Of a stretch of 64,000 bases of DNA, positions 9,452-20,593 are shown piece by piece. The stretch's first letter is position 1, and each line of letters opens with the position of its first letter. A program made the position numbers and the translations under genes. Below the pieces are notes generated by a model. That model made no database searches and was not told the origin of the DNA. It was given only the letters and a program-made list of their open reading frames with translations. This stretch comes from Candidatus Poribacteria bacterium (lineage in GTDB: Bacteria > Poribacteria > WGA-4E > JAJDTR01). The stretch is taken from NCBI GenBank assembly GCA_965197465.1, contig OZ240209.1:3738423-3802422 (forward strand), read 5' to 3'.

Positions 9452-11405
9452 CCGGAGAAAAGAGGAGCGAGTCTTTCGGTTAACTTTGCCAATTTTCGGG
9501 GCGGTGGACTGGCGATTGGCGTCAGAGGGCCGTGCAACTCTGAAGATAAGACATATAAAACAACCATCAGCAGTTTCATTGGGTAGTATCCTTGTTATAC
9601 TGCTCCTGTACTTGCCGTGTTGTGTTCAGGCGCGGGATTTCTATGTCAGCAATGACGGGCTTGACAAGAACGCCGGTACTCGGGAGGAACCTTTTCGCAC
9701 GCTGGCTCGTGCAGCCTTGCACGCGGAGGGTGGTGACACAGTAATCCTTCGAGGGGGCATCTACCGCGAAACTCTCACCGTTCGCCATTCTGGAACGGAC
9801 ACCAAGCCCCTGACATTCATGGCAGCGAAGGGGGAGAAGGTGGTCATCAGCGGCGCTGATCTTGTGGGAAGCTGGAAGCTCTACAAGGGCTCCATTCTGC
9901 AGACGAAGATTCCGAAAGTACTGGATGTCGGATTCAACCAGTTATTCTTGGACGGACGAATGATGAACCAGGCTCGTTTCCCCAACGAAACGAGCACCGA
10001 TCTGCACAAACCCACGTTCATCAGAATGAGTGCCGGCGACAGCCGCATCACATCGCCGCTCCTTACCCAGGACGATGGGTTCTGGAATGGAGGCTTCGTT
10101 GTCGGTCTATTTGACCATCGCTGGACCATCCAATGTGCAAAAATCAAGGATTACAGGGCTGGTACACTTAGTCTGGTCGGAAAGTCTCGACCGTGGTACA
10201 AGGGGGCCGGCCACGGCTATGTGAGCGGTGTCCTCGGCGCGCTGGATGCACCGGGGGAATGGCATATCGAAGACGGACGTCTTTATTTCTGGCCGCCCGA
10301 AGGAACAGACATGACCTCCGCCCGTGTCGAGGTCAAGCGCCGCACGCTATGCATTGATTACAACGGACAATCTCACGTGGCGGTCAAGGGAATCAATGTT
10401 ACCGCAGGAAGTGTTCGCTTGGTCGGCAACTCATGCACGCTTGAGAGCAGCCGTTTGATCTATCCGAGCCACTTTACTTACTTTACATGGGGAGGGATGG
10501 CGTCCGATGGTGGTGTCGACAACGGGCACAACGGCATCCTGGTTCAAGGAACCAACAACACGATACGCGCGTGTACGATCAAGTACTCGGCGGGCTCGGG
10601 CATCGTGATCAAGGGCGCACAGAATCTGATTACGCGTTGCCAGATCAGCGATATCGACTACTCCGGGACGTATTCCTGCCCGATCTCTGTGGCGACGGCG
10701 CCGGGGATGGTCACCGGCAAGAACCGCATCTGGTTCAACACCATACGCCGCACCGGGCGCGACTGTATTCAATTGTACGGGGCTTCGGCTGACGACATTC
10801 GGTACAACGACATCTCTGATGCCGGACTGATGTGTAAGGATCTCGGGTTGGTTTATGTGTGGGGGCGTGACGGGAAAGGCACGCGCATTGCCTACAATTG
10901 GGTTCACGACAACAAAAGCCATGGCCCAGGCATCTACCTCGACAACTACTGCCAGAACTTTGTCGTGGATCACAACGTGATATGGAATTGTGGAGCCGGG
11001 ATACGCGTGAATGGCCCCGCCAAGGGCCACAGACTGTACAACAATACGCCGTTCAACTGCCGTGATGTCGGAACCCGCCCCTACAACCAGTGGCCCAACC
11101 ATACGCCTGGTTACTGGACCGGCGGCGGTTATGGGAATATCTACCGATATACCAAAATCAACAATCTATTTCTAAGTAGGAGACCGGCTGCACAACTTGA
11201 GGATTTTGCGAACAAGAATTCCAGCCTCAAGACCGGTGCCCCAGCCATTGATTCCGGAAAGCCGGTCACCGGGATTACGGAAGGCTTCCTCGGGGAGGCA
11301 CCTGACCAGGGAGCATATGAATCTGGTGGAGCGAGGTGGCTCCCGGGCGTGCGTGGACGAGCCGAACACGGCGCTGCAGCGGACGCGGACGAACCGCCCC
11401 GCTAA
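9426..11405 (+). CDS. secreted right-handed parallel beta-helix repeat protein (pectate-lyase-fold; putative polysaccharide lyase/hydrolase)
   Basis: 659-aa ORF. Signal-peptide-like SAVSLGSILVILLLYLPCCVQA suggests the true start is near TTG 9579. Many NxIxxN/beta-helix repeats. Stop TAA. 32 bp upstream of the sulfatase gene. Confidence 0.7.
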   Translation: MRCARQPGDRRKEERVFRLTLPIFGAVDWRLASEGRATLKIRHIKQPSAVSLGSILVILLLYLPCCVQARDFYVSNDGLDKNAGTREEPFRTLARAALHAEGGDTVILRGGIYRETLTVRHSGTDTKPLTFMAAKGEKVVISGADLVGSWKLYKGSILQTKIPKVLDVGFNQLFLDGRMMNQARFPNETSTDLHKPTFIRMSAGDSRITSPLLTQDDGFWNGGFVVGLFDHRWTIQCAKIKDYRAGTLSLVGKSRPWYKGAGHGYVSGVLGALDAPGEWHIEDGRLYFWPPEGTDMTSARVEVKRRTLCIDYNGQSHVAVKGINVTAGSVRLVGNSCTLESSRLIYPSHFTYFTWGGMASDGGVDNGHNGILVQGTNNTIRACTIKYSAGSGIVIKGAQNLITRCQISDIDYSGTYSCPISVATAPGMVTGKNRIWFNTIRRTGRDCIQLYGASADDIRYNDISDAGLMCKDLGLVYVWGRDGKGTRIAYNWVHDNKSHGPGIYLDNYCQNFVVDHNVIWNCGAGIRVNGPAKGHRLYNNTPFNCRDVGTRPYNQWPNHTPGYWTGGGYGNIYRYTKINNLFLSRRPAAQLEDFANKNSSLKTGAPAIDSGKPVTGITEGFLGEAPDQGAYESGGARWLPGVRGRAEHGAAADADEPPR

Positions 11406-11436
11406 GCTTCACCGTTCGGTGCTGGAGAAGACAAAC

Positions 11437-12900
11437 ATGCAGAAGCCTAACATCATTTTCATTTTGGCTGATGACTTGGGTTATGGCGATGTTGCCTGTT
11501 ACAACCCCGAGTCCAAAGTGCCGACTCCTAATCTGGATCGACTCAGCCGGGAAGCACTGACCTTCACCGATGCTCACGCTCCAGCCACCGTATGCACGCC
11601 CAGCCGTTACAGCGTACTCACGGGGCGCATGGCTTTTCGCACAGGCATATCCGGAGTATTCTCAGGCGCCGGCGGACCGTGCATGATAGAAGAGGGTCGA
11701 TTAACGCTCCCGGGCATGCTGCGCGACAAGGGATACACAACAGCCTGCTTCGGCAAATGGCATGTTGGCCTCTCATTCCCCGACAAAAACGGAAATCCGA
11801 TCAACAAGAACGGATTTGAACCGGTGAAACGCATCGACTATTCACGCGCCATTCCTGACGCTCCCATCCACCGGGGCTTCGACCATTTCTTTGGCACGGC
11901 GTGCTGTTCTGGAACGGACTTCCTCTACTCCTTCATTGATGGTGACCGCATCCCGGTGCCACCCACCGGCGAACTGGACAAAGCACCACTCCCCAAACAT
12001 CCGTACGCCAATGACAACCGACACGGCATGATTGCACCGGGTTTCAACATTCAGGAACTTGACCAAGTCTTCCGTAGGAAAAGCATTACGTTCATTGAGG
12101 AACACGTTCGGAACAGCCCCGACAAGCCCTTTTTCTTGTATCACCCAACCAACGCAGTGCACCTGCCCTCGTTTGCGTCCAGCACGTGCCGGGGCAAAAC
12201 AGATGCTGGGCCACACGGCGACTTCATCTTTGAGTTCGATCAGGTCGTAGGCGAACTGCTCAACACCGTGGACCGGCTTGGGATTGCCGACAATACCCTC
12301 GTTATGGTCTCAAGTGATAACGGACCGGAGGTGACCAGTGTCGTGCACATGCGTAAGGACTACCGGCACGACGGGGCACGTCCCTGGCGCGGTTTGAAAC
12401 GCGATCAGTGGGAAGGCGGACACCGAATCCCCTTCATCGCGCGTTGGCCGGGACACATCTTGCCAGATACACAGACAGACCAGACGGTCTGCCTCTGCGA
12501 TATCATGGCTACCTGCGCGGCGCTTGTCGGATCCGACCTCCCGCATGACGCTGCGGAAGACAGCTACAACATTCTGCCGGTCCTATTGGGAGAACAGCCC
12601 GACGAACAGCCCATTCGCGAACATACACTGCATCAGACCATTTGCTTGGCACTCAGTGTTCGCAAGGGGCCCTGGAAGTACCTGGATCACCGGGGATCAG
12701 GCGGAAACGACTACGAGCAGGACGAAGCACTGCACCCCTACGTGCTGCCGGAAAGAGCACCGGATGCGCCCGGCCAACTCTACAATCTCGACGAGGACCC
12801 GGGCGAGACGACAAACCTGTATTTCGAGAACCCGGAAATCGTCGAAGAATTACGGACGCAACTACACGCATACCGCGACGGCGGACGCAGTCGGCCGTGA
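11437..12900 (+). CDS. sulfatase (formylglycine-dependent arylsulfatase family)
   Basis: MQKPNIIFILADDLGYGD, hallmark CTPSRYSVLTGR motif. GGAGAAG SD upstream of ATG 11437. The ORF track's upstream extension is a read-through of the preceding region. Confidence 0.9.
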   Translation: MQKPNIIFILADDLGYGDVACYNPESKVPTPNLDRLSREALTFTDAHAPATVCTPSRYSVLTGRMAFRTGISGVFSGAGGPCMIEEGRLTLPGMLRDKGYTTACFGKWHVGLSFPDKNGNPINKNGFEPVKRIDYSRAIPDAPIHRGFDHFFGTACCSGTDFLYSFIDGDRIPVPPTGELDKAPLPKHPYANDNRHGMIAPGFNIQELDQVFRRKSITFIEEHVRNSPDKPFFLYHPTNAVHLPSFASSTCRGKTDAGPHGDFIFEFDQVVGELLNTVDRLGIADNTLVMVSSDNGPEVTSVVHMRKDYRHDGARPWRGLKRDQWEGGHRIPFIARWPGHILPDTQTDQTVCLCDIMATCAALVGSDLPHDAAEDSYNILPVLLGEQPDEQPIREHTLHQTICLALSVRKGPWKYLDHRGSGGNDYEQDEALHPYVLPERAPDAPGQLYNLDEDPGETTNLYFENPEIVEELRTQLHAYRDGGRSRP

Positions 12901-13117
12901 AGACGCGTGTTCAGTGAGGATTTGAAGCCGGTGATGGTACAACATACAACCCCCGGAACTGCCGCAACATACCGTCCGTCTGCGTGCGAAATCGTGTTGG
13001 TGAATGAAATACCCGCCACCACTACTCTGAAGCGGAACCGAGGAATTAATGAAATGCGGTGATATTTTTGACCGTTTCATCAGTAAATGATTAGATTCTG
13101 CCATTGAACTCCATAGG

Positions 13118-13237
13118 AGGCGCACTGATGAAAACTATCCAACTTACCGTGCAAGTACCAGCTGACCTCGATTCAATAAATAACTTGGAACTATATGTTG
13201 ACCAACTGGGACAGAAGCTCAAGCGTGAACTGTTTTG
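13118..13237 (+). other. short ORF (MKTIQLTVQVPADLDSINNLELYVDQLGQKLKRELF) with strong SD; possible 5' remnant of a degraded mobile-element gene
   Basis: AGGAGG SD. Downstream alternate frames contain a CPSCKK zinc-ribbon-like stretch. No intact long ORF. Confidence 0.2.
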
Positions 13238-13394
13238 ATCAATGCTTTGCGAGATGAGTTCCCCCGACACGCATTCGGATTCAGCGGAATCAACATGTCC
13301 CAGCTGTAAAAAAAACGCAGTATCAGTTGGGGCAACCGACCGAGGACATTAAAGACCGTCTTTGGCGGCATTCATCTGACTATCCCACGAAAAG

Positions 13395-14258
13395 GTGGTG
13401 CGCCTGTAAACTGCGGATAATTCGAGAGCGTAGTGAAACTGGCCTTGTTACTCTCCGTATTGAATCCACCGACCTCTGAAGAGCATTCAAAAAAGTTTAA
13501 GGGCGTTAATTTGCCGTTTTAGTCTGTGTGATAGGCACTTTCCCCCGTCTGCGGAAAGACTCCCAGCAGGAGGTGGTGTCCTTGTTAACTGCGAGTAATT
13601 CGAGAGAGTACTATTTCACGGTTAAAGAAAATCGTGATTTGCGTGCTATCAGTCAGAAGCCACGTTGGGAATATAAGTAGGGGAGCATTTCAAGGAGGGA
13701 TGATTTCTGAGCCGTCGTCATATCTGGAAGGTCGGCCGCTTGAAACCTCTGATGACACAAAGTCATAAACAAGCTAAAATAGCGGCGATGAGGCCAATGA
13801 AGATCTCTATACGGCAGGATGAAAAATAATAATACCGTTACTTTTATGACTGGCAGGGCAAATTCAACGATCTGTTCGACATTCTGAATCAGAGAGTACT
13901 CATTTTCGCTTTTTCCCTCTGGGATACTCGCGCAATCGAGATAGCGTTGTAGCGCTACTCATGATAACGCAAACCCATGTCATGACTGGATTTAGGGCAT
14001 CTTCGGGGCGTCTCCGAAGGTGCCTTTTTTGTGCCAATATTTTACACGCATTCCACCCTCAAGCTTTCCCCTGAATTCCCGTTAAACTCTTAATGGTGCC
14101 GTGGCTCTTGACCGCGAATATCTGCAGCTGGGTGTTGCCCCTTTTAACTGCGGTTAATTCGAGAGACTACTGAAACTGGCGTTGTTACTCTCCTGATTGA
14201 ATCATGCGACCTCTGAAGAGCATTCGAAACAGATTGTGGGCGTCAACTTGCCGTTTTA
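13395..14258. repeat. ~200-bp tandem repeat units (GGTGGTG..TAATTCGAGAG...GCCGTTTTAGT-CTGTGTGATAGG...CTGCGGAAAGAC), 3 copies; copy 3 interrupted by IS630 insertions
   Basis: Copies at 13395-13590, 13590-13640 (partial) and 14120-14258, continuing at 15612-15660. Confidence 0.55.
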
Positions 14259-15475
14259 GTGGTCTATTCGCTAAGTAGTTATGGTATATTTATCCATGAC
14301 AGAACCATAGGCACCTAACCTGTAGCTCGGCTGCTGTTGAGGCATTTTCTTCCATCGGTAAGGGTGCTTATGGGCATTCCACCAACAAACTGCATCGTTG
14401 AGCGCATCAGTCAGTTCATCAAGCGTTTCAAACCTTCTCCCTTTCAAAGCGAGAGACTTTAACTGTTTCCACCACGGCTCTATCAAATTTAGCCAACACG
14501 CATATTTCGGAATAAACTGTACTCCAATCTCAGGCCACGCTAAAAGCGCCACCTTTACATCACGACTGTGATGAATCGAAAGATTGTCTTCGATGAGTAA
14601 CCATCTCTCAGAAGGAAACTTATCTATCACTTTCTCAATCAGCTGGATATGAGTTGCACTATCTCTACTCGGAGAAAGTACAATTTCCGCTTGACCTGTT
14701 GACGGTTCAAAGGCACCATGAACCCATAGTTTACCTCGACGACCATAATCCGGCTCAAAAGTGGCTCGATTGGCACCGGGTTGCCAAGTTTCACCTGGAT
14801 AGGTTTTAACCGCAATGGGTCCCATTTCATCAATGCAGATTATTCGTGTGTCCGCTGCAGGCGCAATGTACGCCGAAATTACAGCCCCCTTTTTTCCACA
14901 AATTGGTCGTCCTGTTTTTCTGCCTCATCAAACCAACTCTGTTGACGTTTCCAACTCAGTCCTTCGTCTGTTAACCAGTTCATATGGTCGACAGAGAGAG
15001 ATAAACCCCCTCTCTCTGTTTGAAGACGGTATGCAGGCGCTCTAGAGTCCATAACTCAAATGGATAACCCAGGCTCTTGGGTTTGTGCAGTGCTAAATCA
15101 ATCAGTTTACTGCGAACCTCTACCGAATGCGTTTTCGGTGCGCCACTTCGGGGTTTATCGGTGAGTCCTTCAATGCCTTCACCGTTGAATCGCTGAACCC
15201 ATTGCGCTCCGGAAACCCCTGTTTTGAATCCAGCCTGTATGGCGGCTTTGGAGGCTGTCAGTTGGCTGTCGTCCAACATGTCGACGATTAACTGGGCTCT
15301 CTGCACAAACCGATGAGGTTGGGTACGTGAGTTGGCTAAAGTCCTAAGTTGATGTTCTTCTGTTTCACTGACCGCACGAACGTAATGAACTCGTTTTCCC
15401 ATTATAAATTCTCCTTTCCATTTCGGTTGAATGGGCAGGAGAATTATATCATATACTCTTAGCGAGTCAACCATT
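14259..15475 (-). mobile_element. IS630-family insertion sequence inserted at TA; transposase in two ORFs (14980..15474 HTH part, 14271..14825 DDE part)
   Basis: Flanked by TA (14257-14258 and 15476-15477). Termini GTGGTCTATTCGCTAAG / CTTAGCGAGTCAACCATT. The empty site GCCGTTTTAGTCTGTGTGATAGG is present in repeat copy 1 (13517-13540). Confidence 0.8.
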
Positions 15476-15477
15476 TA

Positions 15478-15609
15478 GTGGTCTTTTCGCTAAGTATTTA
15501 ATACTTACGAGACTGGCACAAGAAACCCGTTCTGCCACGCCGGTAGGTGCGGTTTCTAACCGCACCGACACCCAACACTTAATCATATTTACTTAGCGAG
15601 AAAACCATT
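15478..15609. mobile_element. 132-bp MITE derived from the adjacent IS630 element (same termini), second tandem TA insertion; carries a GTAG-type REP hairpin
   Basis: GTGGTCTTTTCGCTAAGTA...CGGTAGGTGCGGTTTCTAACCGCACCGA...TACTTAGCGAGAAAACCATT, followed by TA. Confidence 0.6.
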
Positions 15610-15618
15610 TAGTGTGTG

Positions 15619-16148
15619 TCATAGGCATTTTCCCCGTCTGCGGAGAGACCAGCAGGGCACTCTGACATAACAGTCCCAATGCACCGAATTGGTGACCCCA
15701 GTGAAATTTTGACTGGTTGGTGTTCCGCCTGCGATACCGATGATTGCGGAAAAAGTGAAGACCGAATTAGTGTCGGCCAGTTTTAATCGCCTTTGTCTCG
15801 TCATAGACATAAACCCAATTATCGAAAGTCTGCTGGAGAACCCTCAGCAAACATTTGGCCACCGCATCAGCAGACCATTTGCTCCGAGATAGGAACTTGA
15901 CCATTGACCAATATCGAACATTAGGACGACTCGCTTGATAAATGCTTGTTACCGTCTGGGGCGAGTGACCAATTATAAGACCCTCTATAAACGCGCAGAA
16001 CAGCTCGAAACTTTGTTGGTTGAATAATGGCCGAAATTCTGTTACGATCTGGTGCAGGCAGAAGATGAGGTCCATTTTTCTCCTTTCTCAAACTATGGTA
16101 GGTTTTTGAAAGGATAACCTCTTTTCTGCCTTTTTTCAAATTGTCCAA
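15619..16148 (-). pseudogene. IS4-family transposase N-terminal remnant (frameshift, in-frame TAA, 3' part missing)
   Basis: ...RPLFNQQSFELFCAFIEGLI...WVYVYDETKAIKTGRH-TAA-FGLHFFRNH...SKFHWGHQFGALG. Confidence 0.55.
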
Positions 16149-16319
16149 ACTTTAGTAATAATTATAGTTCGGTACTTTTTGACCTCCGAAGAATGGCGAT
16201 CCAGGTTTCATGCGGGTTTGCAGCTATATAAGGTCAAAATTGGCGAATCCTCGAATCCCCGCTATGACTGGGTTTCTGAAATTCTGCCGAAGTATAGGTA
16301 ATAATAAGGAGTCAGATAA

Positions 16320-17369
16320 ATGTCGAAACACCGGTTTCTATTTACGCGACACCCCAATCTGGAAAACAAGTGGCCGTTCCTCCACGAGCGAATGGTCACG
16401 CGCCTTGATGAATTAGGCACCACAGTTGTCCTCAATACAGACACAAAGGATCCAATTCATCAACAGATTGAACTCGATGATGTCGTGGGGATTGCTTGTT
16501 TTGGCGGAAGTTTAACAGCGGACTGCATCGCCGCCGCACCCAAGCTGCGAGTGATCGGCACGAGGGGAGATAATAGCGGTAAGGGAGTACCATTTAGACC
16601 TGCTTCAGGCAAGAAATATTCCGGTCATTGAAGGGAGCCGCGCAGGGCGCAATCCGTTGCCGAATGCGCTTTCGGATTGGCCCTGGCGGCATTAAGGCGC
16701 ACTGCGCAGTGGCATTGTCGAATGGCAAATAAAGAGCCTTTGTGGGAGTATGCTTACGGGCAATTTTGCGATGCACCGGACTTCGTTAATGGCGATCTCG
16801 GCACAAAACGCATCGGCGTGATAGGGTTGGGGCAGATTGGAAGAAAGATTGCCCAGTGGTGCCGCGCCTTTGGTGCGACGGTCGATGGCTATGATCCCTT
16901 CGTGGACGAATCGCTGCTTAAGAGATGGGATGTGCGTCCAGTGGACATGGATATGCTCGTCAGTGAAGCCGACATTGTCTTCATTGCAGTGCCGCCCACA
17001 CCTTCAGCACGACATCTGCTCTCCCGTGAACGAATCAATCGGCTACACAAAGGAGCGTTGGTTGTCGCTATCACCCGCGCGCACGCCGTAGATATGGAGG
17101 CTTTGCGAGAGCGCATTCTCGCTGATGAACTTGCCGGTGCATTCGATGTTTACGATGTTGAGCCGTTGCCCATGGACGATCCGCTGCGCGGACGCGACAA
17201 TGTTGTACATACGCCGCACATCGCTGGCAGAACCAAGGATGCGAATCTTCGGGTCGCTGATATGATTGTTGCTGACTTTACCCGTGTTCTCAAGGGAGAG
17301 CAACCGCTTGGTGCCTTGACGCCCAAGGCTGTTACCGTAAGAACAGAGAGCGTCGAATTGCCATTTTAG
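16320..17369 (+). pseudogene. D-isomer-specific 2-hydroxyacid dehydrogenase with at least two frameshifts (~16570 and ~16655)
   Basis: Three consecutive frames carry PKLRVIGTRG / HLDLLQARNIPVIEGSRAG / SVAECAFGLALAALRR...GVIGLGQIGR...HIAGRT. Confidence 0.7.
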
Positions 17370-17404
17370 GGCGGAAATAAAAGAGGTATTAAGGGGCGGT
17401 ACTG

Positions 17405-18181
17405 CTATACATGTAATGCTCTGTCGAGATTATAGTGACAAATGAAGTATTTGATGGCGCTGATGTGATTGGTTTTACGGCTCTGCTTTTTGACCACCCG
17501 ATGCTGCTGTTCCGGAATGACCTCCTCATAGGCACCCCAACTATCTGTATAGAAGGTCGTACCTCCCCTGTAGATCGTTGGCACCGGCTCGCTCTCATTC
17601 TCTGTCTTCAACTGAGATAGCAAGACCTGTCCCAGCGGGGATTTGGCCAACCCCTGTTGAAGTTCCTCCTTCGATAATCCCCTCAACTTGAAAATGAGGA
17701 ACGGATCCCTATCAAATTCCAGCGCCGCCAAATAATAAACGCCCGCAATGTGTTTGCACGGGTTGTCCCAATCAGGACAAGAGCAGTCCGTCTGAAAGTC
17801 CTTTCGGCTGCGGGGGAGTAGGCTCAGAGCCAAGTCAGAGAAAGCATCTTCGATATTGTCAGGCATTTCGTTCATCAGGAGTTTGGAGACGTAGGCGGCT
17901 TTCGATGAAATGGCGGTTATCACTTTGGACCAATCGGTTTTGGGAATGGGTGTAATGCCAACCGTAGTTTGATAAAGGGGTTCTTCATACACATCAAAGT
18001 ATGGATTGATCGACCCTCTGACCAGCGCGTCTATCTTTCCTCTGGTCAGGTGAAATTCGACAATCTTTCCGTTCCGGGCGTAGGCGCGTCCACGAGCAAG
18101 CCGACCAGAGTCGGTAATCTGTTCGAGAGCGTCGATGAATCGCCTTCCCCACCAGGTTCGACTGAATTGAGCCATCATTCA
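17405..18181 (-). CDS. SWIM zinc-finger domain protein (COG4279-like), apparently truncated; C-terminal ~50 aa resemble an IS1-type transposase tail
   Basis: WWGRRFIDALE...CSCPDWDNPCKH (SWIM CxC..CxH). C-terminal FYTDSWGAYEEVIP...H..KYFICHYNL resembles the IS1 InsB C-terminus. Confidence 0.5.
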
Positions 18182-18470
18182 CCTCTTAAATATTAGGAAT
18201 ACGACCAACTCAAAATCCCAGTCCCAGTCATAGTGCGACCACATAGACGACAAACGGATTCTGTCCATCGCATTTCCTGCTATTGTGTGACTTGGTGTTC
18301 CATTATACGGGTTTGTGGTGGGGTGTCAATGCGAATCTTCGGTGGGAAATGTTCTCAGTTCTAGGAAATGGATTATTTCTAGAACTGGTGATAATAGGGG
18401 TAACGGGACTATAGCTGCGATAAGATACGACAAGGGTTCAAATCGAGATGGGACAAGGCTTTAAGCGTTG

Positions 18471-18585
18471 AAAATTTCCCGCACCAACACCAAGAGAATT
18501 TCCGACTTTGAGCAGAACCGGAAATTTTCAGCCGAAATTTCTCGATTTTGAGTGGTGAAATTTCCGTTTTTCGTAGGTATTGCCG
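18471..18585. promoter_or_regulatory. array of five GGAAATTTCC-like palindromic motifs
   Basis: tgAAAATTTCCcg, aGAATTTCCga, ccGGAAATTTTCag, ccGAAATTTCtc, tGAAATTTCCgt within 115 bp. Noncoding. Confidence 0.35.
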
Positions 18586-18588
18586 GGG

Positions 18589-18900
18589 TCAAACGCAAAA
18601 ACAGGGATCGCCTGTACCATGGTCGAAGCTGGGGAACGAGCCCTGGCCTTCCTTGCGGGCTTTGATTAAAGCACCCACAAACTTTGCGGAATTAAACGTA
18701 AACGGTGCGCCCCGCCGAGCATGGGCTTCCTCCGGATCTTCCATGGTGTCTAATTCGCTCTGATAGTAGTGGTAGCCATCCATCGGTATAATGGTGAGCA
18801 ATCTGCCCAACCGCTCCTGTAACGCTTCTGCCAACGCGATCCAGAACTGCGTATCACCAGTTAAGACGACAGTTTTGGGAGAGGCGAGTGTGTAACCACC
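18589..18900 (-). pseudogene. YggC/FrcK-like P-loop kinase remnant (PMDGYHYYQSELD...RRGAPFTF...FDHGTGDP), no Walker A, truncated
   Basis: Homologous frame begins directly after the alcohol dehydrogenase stop. Only ~100 codons remain. Confidence 0.45.
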
Positions 18901-19893
18901 TTACGGTTTGAGCAGAACCTTGATGGCTGCATCAGGTCGGTCTTGGACGGCAAATGCCTCCGGCGCTTCGGCTAGCGGAAGGGCGTGAGATATGAGCGGT
19001 TTGCGATCCACACGCCCGCTCTCTACCAGAGCAATTGCCTGACGGTAATCATCACCGGTCCATCCCCACGATCCCTCAATGGTTACGTGCTTACGCACTA
19101 CTTGGTTAAAGTCCAATTCGGGCGGGTGTTCGAAAAGAGCAACAAATACCATCCGCCCGTACATCTGCTTCAGCATCAAGAGGCCCTGGTTGGGAGAGTT
19201 CTTGGCGCCGGCGCAATCGATGACCACATCGGCATTTCCGCCTCGCACCCCAAAGTTCACGACGGGCTTGGCGCCGCCGGTCAGCTCAATGACGGCTTCG
19301 ACGGAATCGGTCTCGGTCAGGTTCACGGCGTAGTCGGCTCCCAACTGTCGCGCCATCTCCAGGCGTTTTTCAGAGGCGTCAATAGTGATAATCCGGCAGT
19401 CGACAGTAGCCTTGAGCGCCTGCACACAGCCCAGGCCGATGATACCAACCCCCAGGATGACCACAGTTTGACCAGAAACAGGTTGCGCCAGTCCTACACC
19501 GTGCAGAGATGTGGCAAATGGCTCCATCATCGCACCCTCTTCAAACCCAATGTTATCGGGTAACAGATGCGGTGCGTGTTCTTTGACGGGCAAAGTTGTG
19601 TATTCGGCAAACCCGCCTACGCCTACGCTCGTAATGCGGTCGCCAACTCTGAACCCCTCGACCTCCTGGCCGACCGCGACAACCTCGCCGCTTAATTCGT
19701 GCCCCATAATGCGACCGTTTTCGATCGGCCTCCCCAATGCATCGTCAAACAGGCCTAGGCGATACATATGCAAATCTGACCCGCAAATACCACAAGCCCG
19801 CACCCGCACCAACACTTCATTGTCAGCAATATTCGGTGTGCGGACCTCTTCGACACGAATGTCGCGTGGTCCGTGATAGACGGCTGCTTTCAT
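18901..19893 (-). CDS. zinc-dependent alcohol dehydrogenase (MDR family; threonine/sorbitol dehydrogenase-like)
   Basis: MKAAVYHGPRDIRVEEV...CGICGSDLHMY...GHELSGEV...Rossmann GVGIIGLG. Confidence 0.85.
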   Translation of the reverse strand: MKAAVYHGPRDIRVEEVRTPNIADNEVLVRVRACGICGSDLHMYRLGLFDDALGRPIENGRIMGHELSGEVVAVGQEVEGFRVGDRITSVGVGGFAEYTTLPVKEHAPHLLPDNIGFEEGAMMEPFATSLHGVGLAQPVSGQTVVILGVGIIGLGCVQALKATVDCRIITIDASEKRLEMARQLGADYAVNLTETDSVEAVIELTGGAKPVVNFGVRGGNADVVIDCAGAKNSPNQGLLMLKQMYGRMVFVALFEHPPELDFNQVVRKHVTIEGSWGWTGDDYRQAIALVESGRVDRKPLISHALPLAEAPEAFAVQDRPDAAIKVLLKP

Positions 19894-20593
19894 CGAAAAA
19901 CCTCCTGATATTCCTCAATGCAGAGGCCGTCCTGTTTCTTGGCACCCAGATACCCACCCCATTTCTATCCTCAGGGACGGAGTTAGAAAGTTTCCTTTCC
20001 ACACCCATGAATCTGGAATAGCCGGAATGATGAAGTAATTCCTTGGGTTCTTCAAGCAACCAAATTGCATGTCCTTTGGCCGGGTACTGACAAAACAGAA
20101 CCCTTAGTGTGCATGACCTATCCCCAGAATGGCCTATCCTCGAATCCCTGTAAGGGTGCGTCTGTGTTTCAGGTGATTAGCCAACACGCTTGTGATGTCG
20201 TGTCGGACGATACAATCAGAAAAGACGGAAAAATCACTCATAGCGCAATCACTAAACACTTTGAAAATACACGAACGCCATTTTACCCAGTTTTCGATTT
20301 GGGGTCAACAGAAATCGTCGAATCAAAAGCCAAACAAGCCTGGGTGTGTGGAATATTCCAAGCGCTTCTCCAGTAGCACGGTGAGCGTTATCATGTCGGC
20401 AAACTTCGCTTGTCGTTCACAGCCCTATATCGAAGCCGTATATGTGAGCCTTGGCGGATTGTGGAAGTCAGGATGAACGCGCCACCAACAGTTTTTCTGT
20501 TGTCTGATGTCTGAAAACATAGTAGAATCGCTCCTCGAAAACGTCCCAATGCATCAATTTAAAGCTGACAGACCACTAGACTGATTAAAAAAC

